A stretch of 64,000 nucleotides of DNA from Bulleidia sp. (GTDB taxonomy: Bacteria; Bacillota_I; Bacilli_A; Erysipelotrichales; Erysipelotrichaceae), in contig JBFLGD010000007.1 of NCBI GenBank assembly GCA_041859965.1, positions 11,885 to 75,884 of the forward strand, in the 5' to 3' direction. Positions 34,014-44,818 of this stretch are shown here, in pieces (position 1 is the first letter of the stretch; the number at the start of each line of letters is the position of its first letter). Below the pieces are notes generated by a model. The model was not told the origin of the DNA, made no database searches, and saw nothing but the letters and a program-made list of their open reading frames with translations. The translations under genes were made by a program, and so were the position numbers.

Positions 34014-36658
34014 ATGGAAGAAAAGAGATATCTGGAAGAAGCGGATGCGGTCGTATCTGAACTGAAAACGGATAAACAGAACGGTCTAAGCCAAAATGAA
34101 GCTGAGGAAAGACAGAAACAGCATGGTCTGAACTGCTTGAAGGCTGCACCGAAGAAGACCAATCTGCAGAGATTTATCGGGGAACTGAAGGATCCGATGC
34201 TGCTGATACTGCTGTCAGCTGCGGCTGTATCGGCTGTGACGAATTTTATTGAAGGCGGATCTATGGCAGAAGTATTTATCATTCTGCTTGTTGTAATACT
34301 CAATGCAGTGCTTGGCGTTTATCAGGAGTCCAAGGCTGAGGCGGCAATTGAAGCATTGCAGACAATGACAGCTGCTACCTGCAAGGTCATCAGAGGCGGC
34401 AGGGAATCATCAATAGAAAATTCACAGCTTGTTCCAGGCGATATTGTAGTGCTTGAAGCTGGAGATTCAGTTCCTGCTGATGGACGCATTCTTGAATCGG
34501 CATCACTGAAGATTGAGGAAGCTGCTTTGACAGGTGAATCTGTACCAGTCGAGAAAATGATTGCAGTGCTGAACCTGGGAGAATTGAAAGAGATACCTCT
34601 GGGTGATAGAAGAAACATGTGCTATATGGGATCTTCCGTCGTTTATGGAAGAGGAAGAGCTGTTATTACCCATACCGGCATGGATACCGAGATGGGAAGA
34701 ATTGCCGGGGCCCTAGCTGATACTGCAGATGAGGAAACACCTCTGCAGAAAAAGATGAATGAACTTGGCAGGACACTTTCCAAGCTGGTACTTGGCATCT
34801 GTGTATTTATCTTTGTGTTTGATCTGTTCATGGCCGGTTCACTGACATTGGATTCTATTCTTTCTACATTCATGGTAGCTGTATCGCTTGCAGTAGCTGC
34901 GATTCCTGAGGGATTGGCGACTGTTGTTACAGTGGTGCTCTCTATTGGCGTTACAAGAATGTCAAAGCAGAATGCTGTATCAGAAGGCTGACGGCAGTAG
35001 AGACACTTGGATGCACGCAGGTCATCTGTACTGATAAGACAGGTACATTGACACAGAATAGGATGACGGTTGTAAAGCATACTGGCGATACAAAGCTTCT
35101 TGCGGCAGCTATGGCATTGTGCAGTGATGCTTATCTTGATGAAGAGGGCAATGCGCAGGGAGAGCCGACGGAAGCTGCTCTGGTCGCATTTGCGGCTAAG
35201 GAAGACTGCTCCAGTACAGAACTGAGAAGAGAGCTTCCACGTGTGGATGAAGCACCATTTGATTCCATGCGTAAGATGATGAGCACTGTTCATCAGGATG
35301 GCGATAGGTTTGTTCAGTATACTAAGGGTGCTCCGGATGAAGTGCTGAAGCACTGTAAGTACATCATGATCGATGGTGCCAGAGTTGAACTGAATGAAGA
35401 AAGAAGAAGAGAAGTACTCAGTGAGAATAAGCAGATGGCTGATAAAGCACTGCGTGTATTAGCTGGAGCCTGCAGAGTATATAAGGAGAAGCCGGAAGAT
35501 CATTCACCGGAAAAACTGGAGAGAGATCTTACATTTGCTGGATTATGCGGCATGATTGATCCAATACGTCCGGAAGTAAAGGCAGCCATTGAAGAATGTA
35601 CGGCTGCAGGTATTACACCTGTCATGATCACAGGCGATCATCTGGATACAGCAGTTGCAATTGCCAAAGAGCTTGGTATTCTGAAGCACCGTTCAGAAGC
35701 AGTGACGGGTGCACAGCTGGATGAGATGGATGATGCACAGCTGGATGAGAATATTAAAAAGTATCATGTCTATGCAAGAGTACAGCCGGAGCATAAGGTC
35801 CGTATTGTAAAGGCATGGAAGAAGACCGGGGCAATTACTGCTATGACAGGTGACGGTGTCAATGATGCGCCATCTATCAAGGCGGCGGATATTGGTATTG
35901 GAATGGGCATCACCGGAACAGATGTTACGAAGAATGTTGCGGATATGATACTGGCAGATGATAACTTCGCAACAATTGTCAAAGCAGTTGAGGAAGGAAG
36001 AAGAATCTATGACAATATTCGCAAGGCAGTTCAGTTCCTTCTTGGATCCAATCTTGCAGAAGTAGTTGGGGTATTTGCGGCTACACTGATGGGCTTTACA
36101 CTTCTGAAACCTGTCCATCTTCTGTTCATTAATCTGATTACTGACTGTTTCCCGGCTCTTGCTTTAGGAATGGAGAAACAGGAAAAGAACATTATGAAGA
36201 GAAAGCCGCGAGATTCCAAGGAAGGATTCTTCGCTGGCGGAATGGGTGCAGATATTGCGTACCAAGGTATCCTGATTGCGGCAATCACACTGTTCTCCTA
36301 TGTACTTGGGCACTGCATGGAAGTTGGATACTTTGAAATGCCTGCCGGCATTTCACCAGATGGCATGACAATGGCATTCCTGACATTGAATATGTGTGAG
36401 ATGTTCCACAGTTTCAATATGCGTTCACAAAGAGGTTCTATTCTGAAGTCCGGCGGTCATAACAAGGCGCTGTATTTTTCTCTTGCCGGAGCGATGGCAA
36501 TTCTGGTGCTGGTTACAGAAGTGCCATTCATTGCCTCATTGTTTGGATTTACTATGATTTCCTGGCAGGAGTTTGGCATTGCCATGCTGTTGGGATGGAC
36601 GATCATGCCGCTTGTTGAGCTTGTTAAATGGATACAGAGAAGCGCTGCTGCAAAGTAA
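34014..36658 (+). pseudogene. Ca2+/Mn2+ P-type ATPase (YoaB/MgtA-like), split by a 1-nt deletion near 34978
   Basis: TGES, PEGL in frame 1; DKTGTLT, KGAP, MITGD, TGDGVND in the -1 frame; one added base gives an 881-aa protein with NAVIRRLTAVETLG. Confidence 0.85.
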
Positions 36659-36664
36659 GAATAT

Positions 36665-36696
36665 AAAAATCCCTGGGGCGGCAGCTCCAGGGATTA
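36665..36696. terminator. Bidirectional terminator
   Basis: AATCCCTGG...CCAGGGATT between convergent genes. Confidence 0.65.
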
Positions 36697-36714
36697 AATA
36701 TATTCATGCATGAA

Positions 36715-37542
36715 TTACTGATTCATCAGTTCAAGAAGATAAGGGACTGCTTGTTCAAAGTTGACACCATATGTATTATGACCTTCTTCAGCAAGAGTAA
36801 GATGTATGCATTCTGCAACAAACTGGCAGGCAATGGTCATGGCATCCTGAAAGGATTTTCCATTGACTAGAGCACCGCACAGAACAGAAGCCCATATGTC
36901 GCCAGTGCCATGAAAATGTTCGGGTTCCTCGCTGCCGAAATAAGCAATGTAACTGTTGGCGGCGCTGTCATATGCATAAGCACCAAGTTTCCCCTTTTCA
37001 AGACTGATTCCTGTCAGGACTGCTTTTCTGCATCCGAGGTCAGTCAGCTTTTTCAGTATATCTTTTACGTATGCTTCATCATATTCCTCTGTATATGGGA
37101 TGTTCAGAAGGAAGGAAGCTTCCGTCATATTAGGACAGATGATATCAGCTTGCGCGCAGAGCTTTGCCATTGATGCAGCGAATTCTTTTGTGAAACCGGG
37201 ATAGAGAGCACCATTATCAGCCATACATGGATCGACCAGCTTCAGACCGCTGCCAAAATCACTGAACAGAGCAGAAGCCAGTTTCAGCTGTTCAAAGGAA
37301 CCAAGATATCCAGTATAAACAGCATCGAAATGAAACCCTTCCTCTTTCCAATGGCTCATGATAGGCTGTATTTCATTAGTCAGATCATGAAATGTAAAAC
37401 CTTTGAACATTGTATGTGTAGAAAGTACTGCAGTAGGAAGAACGGCTGTTTCAATGCCCATGGCAGATATGACAGGCAGTGCTACGGTGAGCGAGCACTT
37501 TCCCACGCAGGAAATGTCCTGCATTGTTACGACTTTTTTCAT
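36715..37542 (-). CDS. pdxK: Pyridoxal/pyridoxamine kinase
   Basis: QDISCVGKCSL, LSTHT, TGYLGS, VDPCMAD, FHGTGD; start ATG 37542 with SD AGGAGG. Confidence 0.9.
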   Translation of the reverse strand: MKKVVTMQDISCVGKCSLTVALPVISAMGIETAVLPTAVLSTHTMFKGFTFHDLTNEIQPIMSHWKEEGFHFDAVYTGYLGSFEQLKLASALFSDFGSGLKLVDPCMADNGALYPGFTKEFAASMAKLCAQADIICPNMTEASFLLNIPYTEEYDEAYVKDILKKLTDLGCRKAVLTGISLEKGKLGAYAYDSAANSYIAYFGSEEPEHFHGTGDIWASVLCGALVNGKSFQDAMTIACQFVAECIHLTLAEEGHNTYGVNFEQAVPYLLELMNQ

Positions 37543-37620
37543 ACGAATAACCTCCTGTGAATACAGCAATCCTATCCTGAATGGGTTATAATAAACATAA
37601 TCAGACGGAATAAATATTTT

Positions 37621-38133
37621 ATGACCAGTCTCTTCGATCAGGTACCGGACATACATCATAGGAATATACATCTCAGAAAGATAACAGCAGCCGATACCGC
37701 AGACATGCAGAAGCTTTTCCCCTATCCTCTTTCAATGCAGCAGACAGTGCATATGATGGCAGGCTTTGAAGCGTGCATCCAGAACCGTACAGCGATGATA
37801 CTTGCTGTTGCTTATGGTGAGGATGACAATGCTGTCGGTGTTATTGAACTGTACCAGAAAAGAAATGCATGTATGGAAATAGGCTATCGAATTCGGAAGG
37901 AATACCGCGGCCGAGGACTTTGCGGACAGAGTACAGAGGCATTGATGAAATATCTTGAGAAAACAGATATTCAATACATTACTGCGTCTGTTTCTATCGA
38001 CAATGGGGCATCCTGTCATATACTTATCAATAATGAATTCAAACAGGTGGATTCCAGAGATGGAACACTGTACTTTGTGAGAAAAATCCGTCATGGAGAG
38101 CAGGGAGATCACTATGCAGAAAAACATATATAA
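37621..38133 (+). CDS. GNAT acetyltransferase (RimJ/RimL type)
   Basis: EIGYRI...YRGRGL, NGASCHIL..NEF. Confidence 0.8.
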   Translation: MTSLFDQVPDIHHRNIHLRKITAADTADMQKLFPYPLSMQQTVHMMAGFEACIQNRTAMILAVAYGEDDNAVGVIELYQKRNACMEIGYRIRKEYRGRGLCGQSTEALMKYLEKTDIQYITASVSIDNGASCHILINNEFKQVDSRDGTLYFVRKIRHGEQGDHYAEKHI

Positions 38134-40237
38134 GGAAGGCTATACACAGAATCGTGAAATATCATGGCTTCACTTTGATGACCGTGTGCTGAATGAGGCA
38201 AAAGATAAGAATGTGCCTCTTCTAGAAAGAATGAAGTCAGTTTATTTCTATTCTTCGAATCTGACAGAATTCTTCAGAGTCAGAGTGGGCAGCCTGTATG
38301 ACCTGAATAAGGCCAAAGTAAAAAAGGCGGATAATAAGTCTGGACTGACTCCGCAGGAACAGCTGAATGCGATATATAAGATGGCTAAACGCGGTACAGA
38401 AAAGCGGGATGAGATCTTTGCGGATCTGAAGAAGCAGCTGACCCGAGAAGGCGTGGAAGATATTAAAATATCTGAGTGTACAAAGAACGAAACTGCGTTC
38501 CTGAAGAAATACTACAAGCACAAGGTTGCTCCTATACTGGCACCGCAGATTGTGGATTCCCATCATCCATTTCCTGCATTGCAGAACCATATAACGTATA
38601 TTGCAGCAATTCTTCAGGTCAGAAAGCATGGCGTGTTCTGTTTTGTGCCGATTCCGCTGACATTGCCTGAGATCATTGTTCTTCCGCATAAGAAGAAGAT
38701 CCGCTATGTTCATATGGAGGATCTGATCCTGGCAAATATCAATTCTGTATTCCCTGATGCGAAGGTTACTGAAATTACCAAGCTGACAGTTGCGAGAAGT
38801 GCGGTTGTAGATCCAGAAGATGAGATGTTTGATGAAATCGTTGACTATCGCAAAAAGATGGAGAGAGTGCTGAAGGAAAGAAAAAAGATGAATGTTACGG
38901 TACTGGCGGTATCGCATAATGTCAGTCCTTATTTTCGCAAATATCTCCTTTCACATCTGAAGATAGGCGCAAAGGAATTCTTTGTGCGCACTGCGCCTAT
39001 GAATTTGAAATATGTATTCGGTCTGGAGAATCTGCTGAATGATGAGCAGAAGAGCAGACTGGTATATGAACCATATACACCGAAACTGTACAGAGGCCTT
39101 GATTACAGAAAAAATTTGTTTTCACAGATCCAGAAGAAGGATGTTCTTCTGCAGTATCCGTACAATTCCATGGAACCATTCCTTCAGCTGGTCAGAGAAG
39201 CAGCCGGAGATCCTTCTACGGTATCTATCAGGATCACAATCTACCGTCTTGCCAGAAACGCTAGACTGGTAGACTATCTCTGTCAGGCAGCAGAAAACGG
39301 CAAGGAAGTAGATGTATTGATTGAATTGAAGGCACGCTTTGATGAACAGAATAATATCGATTATTCTGAGAGACTGGAAGATGCCGGCTGCACAGTAACG
39401 TATGGCTTTGATAAGTATAAAGTGCATTCGAAGATATGCCTGATCACAAAGATGCAGCAGGGAAAACCATGCTATGCAGTGCTGCTTGCTACAGGTAATT
39501 TTAATGAGAGCACAGCAAAGACATATACAGATCTTGCTTATATCACAAGCAGAACTGGGATTGTAAAGGATGCGATATCCTTCTTTAATAACATGGCTAT
39601 CGGCAAATTGGATGGTACATATCATCAGCTGCTGGTCGCACCGGTATCAATGAAGCCAACAATCCTTTCGCTGATGGATGGCGAAATAGAAAAAGGGAAG
39701 AATGGATATATCTTTGCTAAAGTCAATTCCATTACAGATGAAGAGATCATTGCAAAGATTTCAGAAGCTTCATGTGCGGGGGTGAAGGTTGATCTTCTTG
39801 TTAGGGGAATCAGCTGTATCCTTCCAGGAATTCCGGGCAGAACAGACAATGTCACGGTACGTTCCATTGTCGGAAGATATCTGGAACATTCACGTATTTA
39901 TATCTTCGGAACTGGGAAGACTGAGAAGATGTATATATCCTCAGCTGACTTCATGACCCGCAATACAGAGAGAAGGGTAGAAATTGCCTGTCCGATTCCT
40001 GATGCGGATACACGCCGTATTATTCATGGATATATTTCTATATGCATGCAGGATAATACAAAGGCACGCACACTGGGGAAGACTGGCAGATATCATAAGA
40101 TCAATGATGGTGAACTGCCTTTCAATTCACAGAATGCAATGATGCGTATGGTGCCCGCATCTTCCATAGAACTGCCGAATGCCGGCAGCCGCAATCGCAC
40201 CAGTGTATTTAATACGAGGTATAAAAAGAAGAAATGA
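38114..40237 (+). CDS. ppk1: Polyphosphate kinase 1
   Basis: NREISWL.F..RVL, ELKARFDE..NI, KVHSK, TGNFN, RYLEHSR, SSADFM.RN. Confidence 0.95.
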   Translation: MQKNIYKEGYTQNREISWLHFDDRVLNEAKDKNVPLLERMKSVYFYSSNLTEFFRVRVGSLYDLNKAKVKKADNKSGLTPQEQLNAIYKMAKRGTEKRDEIFADLKKQLTREGVEDIKISECTKNETAFLKKYYKHKVAPILAPQIVDSHHPFPALQNHITYIAAILQVRKHGVFCFVPIPLTLPEIIVLPHKKKIRYVHMEDLILANINSVFPDAKVTEITKLTVARSAVVDPEDEMFDEIVDYRKKMERVLKERKKMNVTVLAVSHNVSPYFRKYLLSHLKIGAKEFFVRTAPMNLKYVFGLENLLNDEQKSRLVYEPYTPKLYRGLDYRKNLFSQIQKKDVLLQYPYNSMEPFLQLVREAAGDPSTVSIRITIYRLARNARLVDYLCQAAENGKEVDVLIELKARFDEQNNIDYSERLEDAGCTVTYGFDKYKVHSKICLITKMQQGKPCYAVLLATGNFNESTAKTYTDLAYITSRTGIVKDAISFFNNMAIGKLDGTYHQLLVAPVSMKPTILSLMDGEIEKGKNGYIFAKVNSITDEEIIAKISEASCAGVKVDLLVRGISCILPGIPGRTDNVTVRSIVGRYLEHSRIYIFGTGKTEKMYISSADFMTRNTERRVEIACPIPDADTRRIIHGYISICMQDNTKARTLGKTGRYHKINDGELPFNSQNAMMRMVPASSIELPNAGSRNRTSVFNTRYKKKK

Positions 40238-41898
40238 TTTCATTGAAAATAAAGCTGCCGGATGGCAGAGAAGAACACGGTACATATCCGGAAGGTATAT
40301 GTGCAGAAGACATTCTGAAGAGTCTGAAGATAAAGCCAGAGCATCGCATTCTTGCATGCCGCATTAACAATACTTACAAGAGACTGCGCCATAGGATTAT
40401 GGATGACAGCACAGTAGTGATGTGTGATCTGAGAGATAATTATGCAAACATGTCCTATCAGCAGTCCTTGTCACTGCTGTATGTAAAGGCTGTGCATGAC
40501 ATACTTGGAAAGAATACAGAAGCAGTCATTGCAAACTCTCTTTCAAAGGGTCTCTTTACAACGATACGCACTGCTTCAGTCAGCGAGGAACAGGTAAAAA
40601 AGATAGAAGACCGAATGCATGAACTGGTGAAGATGGATCTTCCTATATCAGAACAGAAATTGGAAAGAGATGAAGCAATTGCCTATTTGAAAAAGAATGG
40701 ACCGAAGGTTGATCTGAATCTGGTAATGAGTGCATATGATCTTTCCAATCTGTATCTATGTTCACTGGATGGTGAGACGGACTTTGAAAAGGATCATCTG
40801 CTTCCTTCAACGGGATATCTGGATCTGTTTGAACTGAGAAAATACAGAAATGGTGTTCTTCTTCGTTTTCCATATTTTGTCGCACCGGATACGGTTCCTG
40901 CCTATGCGGAGCAGAAGCTTCTTTATGAAGCATTCTCTGAAGAGAATAAATGGGATAGGCTGCTAGGGATCAGCTATGCTTCTGATTTGAACAGAGCTGT
41001 CAAGAGCGGGGAAAGCAGAGATACGATCCTGCTGAGCGAAGCACTGCATGAAAAGAAAATTGCTGACATAGCAGGTATGATCATGAAGAGCGGGAAGCGA
41101 ATTATTCTGATTGCAGGACCTTCTTCATCAGGCAAGACGAGTTTTGCAAAGCGTCTGTGTATACAGCTGCGTGTCATTGGTCTTCATCCTCTTTACTTAG
41201 GTACTGATGATTACTTTATCAACCGCGCTGATGTAAAGCCGGGACCGGACGGAAAAGTGGATCTGGAAGCATTGAGTGCTGTGGACACCGGATTGTTTGC
41301 TGAACAGATGAATCAGCTGCTGAGCGGAAAGAAAGCAGACCTTCCCGAGTATGACTTTCTGAAGGGACAGAAGATTTTTGGAAACAGAATTACTTCTATT
41401 GAAGCCTCACAGCCAATTGTCATAGAAGGCATTCATGGTCTGAATCCCAAGATGACAGAAGGTATTCCGGAAGAGGAAAAATTCAGGATCTATATCAGTC
41501 CGCTGACACAGCTGAACATTGATGCACATCATAGGATCCCGACAACAGATGCAAGAATGCTGAGGAGAATGGTCAGAGACTATCGCACAAGAGGAAACAG
41601 TGCGGCCAGCACAATTGACACCTGGCCGCAGGTAAGAAGCGGTGAAGAGAAGAATATATTCCCATACAATGAGGAGGCGGATGTGTTCTTCAATTCACAG
41701 TGCACATATGAACTGGCTGTTTTGAAGAAATATGCAGAACCATTGCTGAAGGATATCTCCATTGAAATGCCAGAATATCCAGAAGCACAGCGGATGCTGA
41801 AGTTCCTGCAGTTCTTTATCCCGATTCTGGATGACAGCCTGATTCCGAACAACAGTATCATTCGGGAGTTTATCGGTGGAAGTGTATTAGTGGATTAG
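40234..41898 (+). CDS. Nucleoside (uridine) kinase fused to TGS/ThrRS-like N-terminal domains
   Basis: GPSSSGKT, IEGIHGLN, RRMVRD; N-terminal TGS-like and ThrRS SAD-like region. Confidence 0.85.
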   Translation: MISLKIKLPDGREEHGTYPEGICAEDILKSLKIKPEHRILACRINNTYKRLRHRIMDDSTVVMCDLRDNYANMSYQQSLSLLYVKAVHDILGKNTEAVIANSLSKGLFTTIRTASVSEEQVKKIEDRMHELVKMDLPISEQKLERDEAIAYLKKNGPKVDLNLVMSAYDLSNLYLCSLDGETDFEKDHLLPSTGYLDLFELRKYRNGVLLRFPYFVAPDTVPAYAEQKLLYEAFSEENKWDRLLGISYASDLNRAVKSGESRDTILLSEALHEKKIADIAGMIMKSGKRIILIAGPSSSGKTSFAKRLCIQLRVIGLHPLYLGTDDYFINRADVKPGPDGKVDLEALSAVDTGLFAEQMNQLLSGKKADLPEYDFLKGQKIFGNRITSIEASQPIVIEGIHGLNPKMTEGIPEEEKFRIYISPLTQLNIDAHHRIPTTDARMLRRMVRDYRTRGNSAASTIDTWPQVRSGEEKNIFPYNEEADVFFNSQCTYELAVLKKYAEPLLKDISIEMPEYPEAQRMLKFLQFFIPILDDSLIPNNSIIREFIGGSVLVD

Positions 41899-41904
41899 AA
41901 ATAG

Positions 41905-41949
41905 AAAAGGAGAATGCATCCTATCGATAGGTGATGCATTCTCCTTTTT
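41905..41949. terminator. Bidirectional terminator
   Basis: AAAAGGAGAATGCATC...GATGCATTCTCCTTTT. Confidence 0.85.
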
Positions 41950-42490
41950 AGACGGTCTCGTGTGTATATGGCTGCAGCTGTTTTTCGTGGAAATGCCATT
42001 CCTGATGCAGGTAGCCTTCCAGAAAATCCTGTGCAAGGCTCTCTTTTCGTATTGCTTTTTCTGCTTCACTGAATGTCATCCATGTATAGGAATCAATTTC
42101 AGTGTTGGCATGTATCTCCGTATTCTTGACAGTGACTGTAAAGTTAAGCATCAGTGTGTTGGAAGGCGCAAAATAATGGGAGTGATTGAAGGAAACCGAA
42201 TCTGCCTGCAGACCAAGTTCTTCATTTAGTTCACGGCGGCACGTTTCTTCAGCATCTTCACCCTTGTTTACATAGCCGGCCACTAGAATATACTTATCAC
42301 CGCCATACTGACGTATCAGTACGACTTTATCCTTGAACTGATCAGTGACAATCATTGAAACAGCACAGGAAAAATGAGGAAAGCGAAAATCGCTGCAGGA
42401 CGGACAGTAAGGAATTGTATGTCCCTCACTCTCAAGATATTTTTCAATCAGTTCAGTGCCGCATATTTCACAGTAATGCTTTGTGCTCAT
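41948..42490 (-). CDS. NudC-like NUDIX hydrolase with zinc ribbon
   Basis: CEICG..CPSC; AGYVNKGEDAEETCRRELNEELGL Nudix box. Confidence 0.9.
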   Translation of the reverse strand: MSTKHYCEICGTELIEKYLESEGHTIPYCPSCSDFRFPHFSCAVSMIVTDQFKDKVVLIRQYGGDKYILVAGYVNKGEDAEETCRRELNEELGLQADSVSFNHSHYFAPSNTLMLNFTVTVKNTEIHANTEIDSYTWMTFSEAEKAIRKESLAQDFLEGYLHQEWHFHEKQLQPYTHETV

Positions 42491-42501
42491 GATTTGCTCT
42501 C

Positions 42502-43023
42502 CTAATCCTGGCGGCCGTGAATGATGGTGCAGGCAATTCCTGCTCCAATCAGAGTGCCAAGTGTATTGTTAATCATATCTGTTACATCAAAGATGCGATA
42601 GGTGGAAAGGAAAGGCTGGATGACCTCTATACACAGTGACAGCAGGAAGCCAAATAATACTGTTTTTGCAAAGTTATGTTTATTGCAGCAGTAGAGGAAT
42701 GTGCCTAGTGGAACAAACAGAAGGATATTGCCGGCTATCTGTTCTACATAGGAGCCATATCCATTGATAGCATCTACGAATGGAATAAAGTTGAATCGGG
42801 TTGTGATACCGTCAAACAAATTGGGAATATCTACTAATAATGGCATCAGTGTAAAGTAGAGAATCAGCGACCACGATAAATAGAGACAGGAGAGAAGAAC
42901 TTTATTCTTCCGACTGTCTCTTTTAAGATACTTTTCATATATGTAGCAGTACAGTACGATCAGAAGTACCAGATCAGGTATGGACTGCAGTATGTTTCTT
43001 GTCATAAGAAGTAGGTCAATCAT
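42502..43023 (-). CDS. VanZ family membrane protein
   Basis: NFIPF, GNILLFVPLG, IEVIQ, RIFDVTDMINNTLG. Confidence 0.9.
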   Translation of the reverse strand: MIDLLLMTRNILQSIPDLVLLIVLYCYIYEKYLKRDSRKNKVLLSCLYLSWSLILYFTLMPLLVDIPNLFDGITTRFNFIPFVDAINGYGSYVEQIAGNILLFVPLGTFLYCCNKHNFAKTVLFGFLLSLCIEVIQPFLSTYRIFDVTDMINNTLGTLIGAGIACTIIHGRQD

Positions 43024-43082
43024 ATCATAATCTGTTCATTGAACTATGTGACAATATGGCAGGAGTCTGAATCTTACATGAA

Positions 43083-43096
43083 TGTAAGCGTTCACA
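43083..43096. promoter_or_regulatory. CcpA cre site
   Basis: TGTAAGCGTTCACA matches TGWNANCGNTNWCA exactly; promoter TTGACT-16-TATATT at 43110-43137. Confidence 0.6.
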
Positions 43097-43166
43097 GGCA
43101 CTCTGCATATTGACTTTTTCTATTCTGCGCCTATATTTGTGAGTGCTAAGGCGAAAGGATGTGGAT

Positions 43167-44459
43167 ATGAGATTTCTAGAATATTTCAATACATTTGCGA
43201 GTGCAGTCGTTATGCTTCTGTCAGTACTGTACGCCTATCAGATGTTCTATGTTCTATACAGTATCCTTCATCGGAAGGTGCCAGCTTTGAAAGAAGCTGC
43301 AGTAAATCATAAGTATGCAATCTTTGTGAGTGCGAGAAATGAATCTGGTGTTATTGGGGAACTGATGGACAGCTTAAATGGGCTGGATTATCCAAGAGAA
43401 GATTATGACGTGTTTGTTGTCGCAGATAACTGCACGGATAACACAGCAGAAATAGCAGCAGCGAAGAATGCTCATGTATATGAGAGACAGAATCATGAAC
43501 AGGTAGGAAAGGGATATGCACTTAACTATCTGTATCATAAGGTGACCGAGTTAAAAGGCAGTGATTACTATGATGGATTCGTTGTATTCGATGCCGACAA
43601 TCTGGTTGATAAGCGTTTTCTGACGGAGCTGAATAAGAAGTTTGATACAGGCAGATATGATGCATTGACAACTTATAGAAACTCCAAGAATTTCTCCGAG
43701 AACTGGCTGACAGCAGCCTATTCCATTTGGTTCATGCATGAGGCAAGACATCTGAACTATGTCAGAGACAGTATTGGTGCGCAGTGCATGATATCCGGGA
43801 CAGGTTTCATGGTATCTGCAAAGCTAATGAAGGAGAATGATGGCTGGCCATATTACTTCCTGACCGAGGATATTCAGTTCTCGGTTGCAAGTACATTGAA
43901 GGGATTGAGGATCGGGTTTGTTGATTCCGCCATTCTCTATGATGAACAGCCTGCAGAAATGAAACAGTCATGGATGCAGAGGCTGAGATGGGCAAAGGGA
44001 TTCTATCAGATCGACGGCAAGTATATGCGTGAACTGATTGTCGGATCTCTGTCACCAACGAAAAAGGGACATCACTTTGCATGCTACGATGTGCTGATGA
44101 CAGTGCTGCCATGTTCACTTCTGACAGTAGCACTTGTTATAGGAGCTGCTTGGATCATCGGGGCAGCAGGATTCATGCCTTACTATGTACAGCTGGTATT
44201 CCGCAATGAGATGATCCAGTTCTTGGGACTGCTTCTTCTGAATATGTGGCTGGGAATGATGGCATTGGCGTCTGTTACAGTTGTCAGTGAATGGCAGCGC
44301 ATACACGCTACCGGCTGGCAGAAAGTAAAGTATATTGCGATATTCCCGATGTACATGCTGACATATCTGCCTATCTCAATACAGGCACTGTTCGCAAAGG
44401 TACAGTGGACACCAATTCATCATTATTCAACTGAGGAACTGGCTGTTAATCGTAAGTGA
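43167..44459 (+). CDS. GT2 family processive-type glycosyltransferase
   Basis: ARNE, VADNC, GKGYAL, FDAD, TED, QRLRW; flanking TMs. Confidence 0.9.
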   Translation: MRFLEYFNTFASAVVMLLSVLYAYQMFYVLYSILHRKVPALKEAAVNHKYAIFVSARNESGVIGELMDSLNGLDYPREDYDVFVVADNCTDNTAEIAAAKNAHVYERQNHEQVGKGYALNYLYHKVTELKGSDYYDGFVVFDADNLVDKRFLTELNKKFDTGRYDALTTYRNSKNFSENWLTAAYSIWFMHEARHLNYVRDSIGAQCMISGTGFMVSAKLMKENDGWPYYFLTEDIQFSVASTLKGLRIGFVDSAILYDEQPAEMKQSWMQRLRWAKGFYQIDGKYMRELIVGSLSPTKKGHHFACYDVLMTVLPCSLLTVALVIGAAWIIGAAGFMPYYVQLVFRNEMIQFLGLLLLNMWLGMMALASVTVVSEWQRIHATGWQKVKYIAIFPMYMLTYLPISIQALFAKVQWTPIHHYSTEELAVNRK

Positions 44460-44469
44460 CAGAATGACA

Positions 44470-44533
44470 GGGAGCTTGAAAAAGCTCCTTTTGTTATGTA
44501 TCAAAAAAGAGAGGACAGTGAAGTCCTCTCTTT
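44470..44533. terminator. Two hairpin terminators between GT2 gene and tRNA
   Basis: GGAGCTT-gaa-AAAGCTCC-TTTT and AAAAGAGAGGAC-agtgaa-GTCCTCTCTTT. Confidence 0.7.
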
Positions 44534-44536
44534 GAG

Positions 44537-44610
<74 letters not shown>

Positions 44611-44818
44611 ATGCTTTATCAGCGACATTTATAGTACCACATGCATGGGTAAAATACCATCATTTTCAGGCGATGCTTTTCTTGGCCGCAGAAGGTAATA
44701 AATGGCTGTTTATGTTCGGAATTCTTAGAAATGCTACTGTTTTCTATCACTATTCCCGTATCTGCCTTGAAAAGGAAAATATGAGAGTTTATTATCAAAT
44801 TACGGAGGTTTATTGAAT

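Noticed and set aside
34950-34995. Programmed -1 frameshift in the P-type ATPase (CopA/CopA(Z)-like)
   Set aside because: No slippery heptamer or obvious stimulatory structure; the short product would lack the phosphorylation site; simple deletion or error is more parsimonious
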